From an uncultured delta proteobacterium (lineage in GTDB: Bacteria > Myxococcota > Myxococcia > Myxococcales > Anaeromyxobacteraceae), in the NCBI GenBank assembly GCA_963845515.1, contig CAWJSR010000003.1:32001-96000 (forward strand): a DNA stretch of 64,000 nucleotides, given 5' to 3'. Both the position numbers and the translations under genes were made by a program. Below the pieces are notes generated by a model, which searched no databases, was not told the DNA's origin, and saw only the letters and a program-made list of their open reading frames with translations. Positions 56,996 to 64,000 of the stretch are shown piece after piece; position 1 is the first letter of the stretch; each line of letters begins with the position of its first letter.

Positions 56996-57773
56996 GTGGA
57001 ATCGATCGAAGGACGCGTCGCGCTCGTCACCGGCGGTGGGCGGGGGATCGGGCGCGCCATCGCGCTGGCGCTCGCGCGCGCAGGGGCGCACGTCGCGGTC
57101 GCCGCCCGGACCATCCCGGAGATCGAGGAGGTGGCCGCGGAGGTCGCGGCCCTCGGGCGCAAGGCGACCTTCCTTCCGCTCGACATGGGGGACCGCGTCG
57201 GCCTTCGACCGCGTGGCCGACGGAGGTCGCCGTCGGCGCTCGGGCCGATCGGGATCCTGGTGAACAACGCCGGCCTCGGCGTGCACGTCGGCGGTGCACA
57301 ACCTGGACGACGCGGACTGGGACGCCATCCTGGCGGTCAACCTGACCGGCCCCGTCCTGCTCACCCGCGCCTGCCTCCCGCAGCTCTACGGCCAGGGGTG
57401 GGGGCGGGTCATCAACATCGCCTCGGTGGCGGGAAGGATCGGGCTCAGGTACGGCGCGGCCTACTCGGCCTCGAAGCACGGCCTCATCGGCTTCACCAGG
57501 TCGCTCGCGCTGGAGGCTGCGAAGAAGGGGGTCACCGTCAACGCGATCTGCCCGGGCTGGACCGAGACCCAGATGATGCGCGAGTCGGTCGAGGCCATCG
57601 CCCTCCACACGCAGCGCACCGAGGAGGAGGCGCGCACGGCCATCCTCCGGTCAACGCCGCTCGGGCGGCCGGCCCAGCCCGACGAGGTGGCGGACGTTGC
57701 GGTCTGGCTCGCCGGGAGCCCGATGGTGACTGGTCAGTCGGTGAACGTGGACGGCGGCGAGGTCATGTCCTAG
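56996..57773 (+). CDS. Short-chain dehydrogenase/reductase (frameshifts between ~57190 and 57295)
   Basis: ALVTGGGRGIG, LVNNAG, YSASKHG, VNAICPGWTET, VDGG. Confidence 0.88.
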
Positions 57774-57844
57774 GTGGCATCGATTCCCTCTCCCTCCGCG
57801 TCTTCAGGGGGCGCAGAGGCGCTCCACCGATTAGAATCGTCGGG

Positions 57845-58528
57845 ATGCCTTCCGCCACCGCGTCCACATGGGCCTTCTTCGCGGCCGGGCTCGCGGGCGG
57901 CGCAGGGCACTGCGTCGCCATGTGCGGCCCGATCGTCGGGGCGCTCGGGCTCGCCGCGCCGCCGGGGCAGGGGACGCTCGTGGCCGCCGCGCGCACGCTG
58001 CCGTACCACCTCGGGCGCGTGACCACCTACGCCCTCCTCGGCGCGGTGATGGGGCTCACCGGCTCCTTCGTCAACGTCGCCGGCCGGCTCGCCGGGTTCT
58101 CCGACGCGGTCGCGGTCGCCGCCGGTGCGCTGATGATCCTCTTCGGCCTCGGCGCGACCGGCGTCGCCGGTGCGCTGGAGCGCTTCACCTCCCACGCCTC
58201 GACGCGGCTCACGACGCTGGCGCGCTCGCTGCTCGCGGGTGGGACGGGCGGGCTCCTCCCGCTCGGGCTCGTGCTCGGCTTCCTCCCGTGCGGGCTGTCG
58301 TGGACCGCCTTCCTGGGCGCTGCGGCGACCGGCGGCCCGGTGCCCGGGTTCCTCGCGGCGCTCTCCTTCGGGCTCGGGACGGTGCCCGGGCTCCTCGCGG
58401 CGGGGCTGCTCGCGGCAGCGTTCGGGCAGCGCGCGCGGGGGATCCTCCGCCGGCTCGGCGGGCTGCTCGTCGCGCTGCTCGGGCTCCTCTTCCTGCTCCG
58501 GGGGCTGGGGGTCAATGTCCCAGCCTGA
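57845..58528 (+). CDS. DsbD_2/TauE-like cbb3 maturation membrane protein
   Basis: GHCVAMCGPI, YHLGRVTTY, GFLPCGL, FGLGTVP. Confidence 0.88.
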   Translation: MPSATASTWAFFAAGLAGGAGHCVAMCGPIVGALGLAAPPGQGTLVAAARTLPYHLGRVTTYALLGAVMGLTGSFVNVAGRLAGFSDAVAVAAGALMILFGLGATGVAGALERFTSHASTRLTTLARSLLAGGTGGLLPLGLVLGFLPCGLSWTAFLGAAATGGPVPGFLAALSFGLGTVPGLLAAGLLAAAFGQRARGILRRLGGLLVALLGLLFLLRGLGVNVPA

Positions 58529-61002
58529 CCCGGAGGTCCCGCGGTGCGCCCACTGCCTCGCCGAGGTGAGGGGCGCTCCGGTGCGCGACGCCAGCGGCGG
58601 CGTCGAGCGGAGCTTCTGCTGCGCCGGCTGCCGCGGCGTCTTCGCGCTGCTCCGCGACGAGGGGCTCGACGGGCGCTACTACTCGGAGCGGCGCTGGAGC
58701 GAGCGCGGCCCGACGCCGGGGATCCTCCGGGCCGCCGGCCCCGCTCCGCTGGACGACCTGACGGCGTACGAGGTGCTGGACGCGGCCGGGGGCACCGAGT
58801 CCGAGCTGGAGCTGTCGATCGACGGGATCCGCTGCGCGTCCTGCGTCTGGCTCAACGAGCGGCTGCTGCAGCGGACGCCGGGCGTCGTGGCGGCGCGCGT
58901 CAACTACGCCACGCACCGGGCCAGGGTCCGCTTCGATCCCCGGTCCGTGGATCTCCCGCACCTCCTCGCGCGCGTCCGCGCGGCCGGCTACGAGCCGCGG
59001 CCGTGGCGCGAGTCCGAGCAGGCGCGCGAGCGCGACGCCGAGGTGAAGGACCTCCTCGTCCGCGTCGGGACCGCCTGGTTCCTGGCGTCGCAGCTCATGA
59101 TCTACTCGGCGGCGCTCTACGCCGGCTACTTCCAGGGGATCGACCGCGCCACGCGCTCGCTGCTGGAGTGGATCTCGATCGGGCTCGCCGCGCCGGTCCT
59201 CTTCTCGGCAGGGGCCCCCTTCTGGCGCTCCGCCGCGAAGGCGCTCCGGCACGGCCGGTTCAACATGGACTCGCTGGTCGTCATCGGCTCCGGGGCGGCG
59301 CTCGCCACCTCGGTCTGGCAGGCGCTCCGGGGCGGCGAGGTCTGGTCCGACACCGCCGCGATGATCCCGACGCTCGTCCTGACGGGGCGCTACGTCGAGG
59401 CGCGCGCGCGGCGGGCGGCGTCGGAGGCGGTGAGCCGGCTCGCGACGCTGGCGCCACGCGTCGCGCGGCTCGTCGCCGGTGAGCGACCGGAGGGAGGTGC
59501 CGGTCTCGGAGGTGAAGCAGGGCGATCGGCTGGAGGTGGTTCCCGGAGAGCGGATCCCGCTCGACGGGCGGGTGCTGGAGGGCGACTCCGAGGCGGACGA
59601 GTCGCTCGTGACGGGCGAGTCCCGCCCCGTGGCCAAGCGGGCCGGCGCGGCGGTGATCGGCGGCTCGGTCAACTTGAACGGCAGCCTGATCGTCGAGGTG
59701 ACCCGCGTCGGCAAGGAGACGATCCTCGCCGGGATCATCCGGGCCGTGGAGGAGGCGCAGGGCGCGAAGCCGCGGATCCAGGCCGCCGCCGACGCGGTGG
59801 TAGGGATCTTCGTCCCGGCCGTCCTGCTGCTCGCCGCCGCGACGGTCGCGCTCCACGCCTGGATCGGCGCCGGCGTCGAGGCCGCGCTGCTGCACGGCAT
59901 CGCCGTGGTGGTCATCGCCTGCCCCTGCGCCCTGGGGCTGGCGACGCCGGTCGCCGTGCTGGTCGCGACCGGGCTCGCCACCTCGCGCGGCCTCCTCGTG
60001 AAGGGCGGCGACGTCCTCGAGGCGGCCGGCGAGGCGACGCACGTGCTGCTCGACAAGACCGGGACGGTGACCCGCGGTCGGCCCTCGCTCCGCGAGGTCG
60101 TGCCGCTCGCGGGCGGCGAGCGCGACGCGCTCCTCGCCCTCGCCGCGGCCGTGGAGCGCCGCTCGGAGCACCACGTCGGGCGCGCCCTGGTGGAGGCTGC
60201 CCTGGGGCTCCCGCCGGCGCCCGAGCCGAGGATCGAGCGGTTCAAGGCGATCCCTGGGCGCGGGATCGAGGCGACGGTGGACGGGCTCGGCGTCCTCGTC
60301 GGCAGCCGCGCCTTCCTCGTCGAACGGGGCGTCCCGCCGCCGCCCGAGGCGCTCGCCCGCGCCGCGCCGCTGGAGGCCGGCGGGTGCACGGTCTTCTTCC
60401 TGGCGGTCGGCGCGATGGCGGAGGCGCTCTTCGCGGTGGCCGACCCCCTCCGCGAGGAGGCGCAGGCGGCCGTCGCCTCCCTGCGCGCCATGGGGCTCGC
60501 GGTCGAGATCGTCTCGGGCGACGCGAGGGGTACGACGGCGGCGATCGCGGGGAGGCTCGGGGTCGAGTGGACGGCGGAGGTGACGCCGGCCGGGAAGCGC
60601 GGCCTCGTCCTGGCGAGGCAGGTGGCCGGGGCGAAGGTCGTCGCCGTCGGCGACGGGATCAACGACGCGCCGGCGCTGACGCAGGCCTCGGTGGGGGTGG
60701 CGATGGGGCGCGGCGCCGACGTGACGATGGAGAGCGCCGACGCGGTGCTCGTGAGGGACGACCTGCGGCTCCTCCCGGACCTGCTGCTCCTCGCGCGGCG
60801 CACGCGCGCGGTGATCCGCCAGAACGTCTTCTGGGCCTTCGCCTACAACGCGGCGGCGATCCCGCTCGCGGTGGCCGGCGTCCTCCACCCCATCGTCGGC
60901 GCGGGGGCGATGGCCTTCTCGTCCGTCTTCGTCGTGGGGAACTCGCTCCGGCTGCGCCGGGTCTTCACGCGCTCCGCGGATGGCGGGAGGATCGCCGCGT
61001 GA
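58515..61002 (+). CDS. ccoI: Heavy-metal P1B-type ATPase, CcoI/FixI-like (frameshift near 59480)
   Basis: CAHC..FCCAGC, CASC, TGES, CPCALGLATP, DKTGT, SEHH, GDGINDAPAL. Confidence 0.9.
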
Positions 61003-61178
61003 GCCTCGGTGGCCTCATCATCCTGTCGCTGGCGCTCGGGGTCGGCGCCTGGCTCTTCTTCCTCTGGTCGGTGAAGAGCGGCCAGTACGAGGACCCCGAG
61101 GGGCCGAAGTACCGCATGCTCGACGAGGACGAGGAGCGGCCGGAGGCGGGCGACGGGAAGGGCCCCCCGCCACCGTGA
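60999..61178 (+). CDS. ccoS: cbb3 oxidase maturation protein CcoS
   Basis: TM then FLWSVKSGQYEDPEGPKYRML. Confidence 0.88.
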   Translation: MSLGGLIILSLALGVGAWLFFLWSVKSGQYEDPEGPKYRMLDEDEERPEAGDGKGPPPP

Positions 61179-61227
61179 TGCACGAGGCGCTTGCGCGGCG
61201 GGCCGAAGTCCTGCAACTTTCGGGACC

Positions 61228-61674
61228 GTGAGCAAGCTCAAGAACCCACATGTGAAGAAGCAGGTCAGCCTGGAGCGCGATCGTCGCAACCCTACGGGCG
61301 CGTACGACACCTCCTCGCACGAGAAGGTCTCCCTGAAGAAGGCGCGCATCAACCGCGCCCACCGCCACGAGGTGCACCAGACGCTGCACGTGGACGGGTC
61401 GCCCGTGGAGGAGCTCGATCTCGACGTGCTCGACACGAAGGTCGTGACGACCCAGCGCGAGCGCTTCAAGAAGCCGCCGGCGCTCCCGCTCGTCGAGTTC
61501 ATCGAGCGGCAGACGGGTGAGCGGCGCCAGCGCGTCGGCACCCACGCCCCCAAGGCGGCCGCCGCAAAGGCGCGCAAGGCGGTGAAGGACGCGAAGAAGG
61601 CGCCCGTCAGGAAGGCGCCCGCCAAGAAGGCGCCCGCGACCAAGAAGGTCGCGGCGAAGAAGCCTGCCAGGTAG
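61228..61674 (+). CDS. Basic hypothetical protein with Lys/Ala/Pro histone-like tail
   Basis: KKAPVRKAPAKKAPATKKVAAKKPAR; GC3-rich codons. Confidence 0.65.
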   Translation: MSKLKNPHVKKQVSLERDRRNPTGAYDTSSHEKVSLKKARINRAHRHEVHQTLHVDGSPVEELDLDVLDTKVVTTQRERFKKPPALPLVEFIERQTGERRQRVGTHAPKAAAAKARKAVKDAKKAPVRKAPAKKAPATKKVAAKKPAR

Positions 61675-61828
61675 TTCCCTCCCGGCCCTGGTGGCGCCGG
61701 CCTCTCCACGCGGGACGCTTCGGCGTCCCGCGCGCATTTCTGCGAGTACCCCAAGGGGACTTTCGGCGGCGCTGGCCTCGAATACTATCTGGGCAGCCAA
61801 GGCCCTCAGCGGCCTGAAAGGTGAGGTC

Positions 61829-62341
61829 ATGATGAAACGCATCGCTGTCGCACTGCTGTCGCTCTCGGTCGCCACGGTCGCCGTCGCCCAGTCGAGGACC
61901 GAGCAGGAGATCCGCCAGGGGGTCAAGGGCACCGGTCGGTATGGCACCGCCGGCTGCGGCCTCGGCTCGATGGCCTTCGGCGATCAGGCCGGAGCCCTCC
62001 AGATCGTCGCTGCGACCCTCAACGGCATCATGGGAAACCAGACCTTCGGGATCACCTTCGGCACCTCGAACTGCGGGCCGGGGCTCTTCGCCGAGGGGAC
62101 GCGCAACTTCGTGGAGGCGAACCGCGAGGTGCTCGCGAAGGACATGTCGCGCGGCGGCGGGGAGTCGATCGGGGCGCTGACCGTCATGCACGGCTGCGCG
62201 GACTCCCAGGCGGTGGGGGCGGCGCTCCAGGCGCGCTTCCCGACCATCTTCCCTTCCGAGGCGGTGACCGACGCCGAGGTAGCCGACGCCATCCTGGAGA
62301 CGCTCCGCGCCGACGCCTCGCTGGGGTGCCACCAAGGTTGA
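61829..62341 (+). CDS. DUF3015-like secreted protein
   Basis: Signal peptide, YGTAGCGLGS, GNQTFGITFGTSNC, DMSRGGGE. Confidence 0.8.
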   Translation: MMKRIAVALLSLSVATVAVAQSRTEQEIRQGVKGTGRYGTAGCGLGSMAFGDQAGALQIVAATLNGIMGNQTFGITFGTSNCGPGLFAEGTRNFVEANREVLAKDMSRGGGESIGALTVMHGCADSQAVGAALQARFPTIFPSEAVTDAEVADAILETLRADASLGCHQG

Positions 62342-62405
62342 GGCGTACCCCTCCGCGACCTCCAGCCCCGGAGGTCGCGGAGTTGAACGCTCCTGCACTC
62401 GGCCG

Positions 62406-62654
62406 CTAATGGCCGCCGGCCATCGTGTGGCTGAAGGTATCCTTCGCCGCCGTGCCGGCCTCCTTCGCGGCGATCCCGAGCCGCGCGACCTTGTCCTTCT
62501 GCCGCTCGACGACGTTGCCGATCAGCTTGCGGGTTTCCCTGCCGGATCGCGGGGCAAGCAGCAGCGCGGCGACGCTGCCCGCGACTGCGCCGCCCACTGC
62601 GGCTGCGACGACTCCTAGCGGACCGAACCCGGTCCTGGTCTCTGCCTCGGTCAT
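62406..62654 (-). CDS. YtxH-domain protein
   Basis: ALLLAPRSGRETRK; AGGAGG RBS. Confidence 0.85.
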   Translation of the reverse strand: MTEAETRTGFGPLGVVAAAVGGAVAGSVAALLLAPRSGRETRKLIGNVVERQKDKVARLGIAAKEAGTAAKDTFSHTMAGGH

Positions 62655-62846
62655 GACGACTCCTCCTGCTGGTGGGTGAACCTCTCCGGCTCAGCGGGGG
62701 CATCCATAGCGAGGGCATCCTCGGAGCGCCGCACGCGGATGGGTCGCGAGGGCGCTTTGTCGGCCTGGCCGTGGCTCCCGGCTGCCGGCGGCGAGGCCGG
62801 GCAGGGGCGCAGGCGGCACCGGCCGCCGGTGTGGTACGGAGGAGCA

Positions 62847-63548
62847 GTGGGATCCAGCGAGCTGCAGCGCGCCATAGAGGGGGCGGAGCCGGGAGTCGTC
62901 ATCTTCGGGGACGACTACACCGTCCACCAGGTGAGCGGCAGCGTGATGCTGCTCTTCGGCATCGAGGCCGATCGCCTGTTCAGGGGCGGGCTGCTCGATC
63001 TCCACGCAGAAGGGGGCTCGAAGCGCATCCAGGCGACCCTGCGGCTGGCGCGGGAGTCGCAGCGGCAGGTCCCGGTCTCGCTCAAGCTCGTCACCACCGC
63101 GGGCGAAGATCGGTTCCTCCTGGTGAAGCTCGTGCCGCTCCTCGGCCGGGGCGGGGCCACCGGGATGATGTGCGCCCTCTTCTACGACATCACCGCCCTG
63201 GTGACCTCCGACCGCAAGCTGGTCCGCATTCCCGTCTCCCTTCGCGACGAGATCCAGCTCCTCGGCCCGGAGGAGATCGTCTTCGTGCAGGCCGACAACA
63301 TCTACTCGCGTGTCACGACCCCATCGGCCGAGTTCCACTGCGACCTCTCGCTCAGCGCGCTGGGGAAGCGGCTCCCGTCAGCGCAGTTCTGCCGCATCCA
63401 TCGCAGCTACCTCGTCAACGTCGCGCACGTGCGGAAGGTCCACCGCGGCCGCTCGGAGTGCACGGTCTCGCTCGCGGGGTTCGAGGCGAGCCTCCCCATC
63501 AGCCGTGAGCGGATGGACGAGTTTCTCGCCGCCGTTGGGCTGAAGTAG
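62847..63548 (+). CDS. PAS-LytTR transcription regulator (RcoM-like)
   Basis: PAS-like N-half (LLDLH..DRFLLVKL); LytTR motifs EIVFVQAD and FCRIHRSYLVN..PISR; adjacent to cooS. Start codon uncertain. Confidence 0.8.
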   Translation: MGSSELQRAIEGAEPGVVIFGDDYTVHQVSGSVMLLFGIEADRLFRGGLLDLHAEGGSKRIQATLRLARESQRQVPVSLKLVTTAGEDRFLLVKLVPLLGRGGATGMMCALFYDITALVTSDRKLVRIPVSLRDEIQLLGPEEIVFVQADNIYSRVTTPSAEFHCDLSLSALGKRLPSAQFCRIHRSYLVNVAHVRKVHRGRSECTVSLAGFEASLPISRERMDEFLAAVGLK

Positions 63549-63584
63549 CCGAGGTCGGGGCGGGGCGGCGCCCACCCGCCGCCG

Positions 63585-63634
63585 TTCACCAGCGCCCGGC
63601 CCCCCTTCGCAAGCTCCCCTGCCAGCCTGGCAAG
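63585..63634 (+). promoter_or_regulatory. Three direct repeats at 21-bp period (LytTR-type operator)
   Basis: TTCACCAG (63585), TTCGCAAG (63606), CTGGCAAG (63627). Confidence 0.5.
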
Positions 63635-63712
63635 TCCCACCGCGGCGCCACCCGGCGTTGGCCGTAGGGTCGTGCGGCTCGCCACAATCCATTGCCTCTC
63701 GGGAGGAGCTCC

Positions 63713-64000
63713 ATGAGCGTCGACGTGACCCAGATCAGGAAGCCCGGCGCGGGTCGCAGCGCCGACCCCGTCGCGATCGAGATGCTCCAGATCGCCGACA
63801 GGGATGGTCACTCCACCGTCTGGTCGCGCCTCGCTGAACAGCAGCCCCAGTGCAGCTACGGCCAGCTCGGTACCTGCTGCCGGATCTGCGCGATGGGGCC
63901 GTGCCGCATCGACCCGTTCGGCCACGGGCCGCAGCGCGGGGTCTGCGGCGCCGACGCCGACACCATCGTGGCCCGGAACCTGGCGCGGATGGTCGCCGTC
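63713..64000 (+). CDS. cooS: Anaerobic Ni-CO dehydrogenase catalytic subunit, N-terminal part (runs off the window)
   Basis: Own translation: QQPQCSYGQLGTCCRICAMGPCRIDPFG..RGVCGADADTIVARNLAR; GGAGGAG RBS. Confidence 0.9.
   Translation, partial: MSVDVTQIRKPGAGRSADPVAIEMLQIADRDGHSTVWSRLAEQQPQCSYGQLGTCCRICAMGPCRIDPFGHGPQRGVCGADADTIVARNLARMVAV

Overview
High-GC window that looks like an Anaeromyxobacter-type (Myxococcota) chromosome; this is inferred from gene content. It carries many single-base frameshifts that look like long-read errors. In order it holds: a sigma-54 two-component system with a TolC/HlyD/ABC exporter; a poly-HAMP chemoreceptor; yaeQ; and a full-length group II intron inserted 1 nt before the start codon of sufB (sufBCDSUT). 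Next is an ~11.2 kb island bounded by a perfect 38-bp direct repeat. The island contains a signal-peptide-bearing RHS protein, a duplicated toxin-tip/lipoprotein cassette, nested copies of an HUH (RAYT-like) transposase element sharing one fixed end, and two secreted Y_Y_Y-like repeat proteins that each begin with a single RHS strand. After the island come a cbb3 oxidase cluster, MCP-cheW, 2-oxoacid:ferredoxin oxidoreductase with ferredoxin, an error-rich and truncated kdpFABCD block with suspicious junctions, and ccoI/ccoS maturation genes. The window ends with a PAS-LytTR (RcoM-like) regulator upstream of the start of a Ni-CO dehydrogenase (cooS). The best candidates for new biology are the RHS/RAYT/Y_Y_Y island and the intron at the sufB start codon. 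All family calls are from motif recognition by eye; no searches were run.
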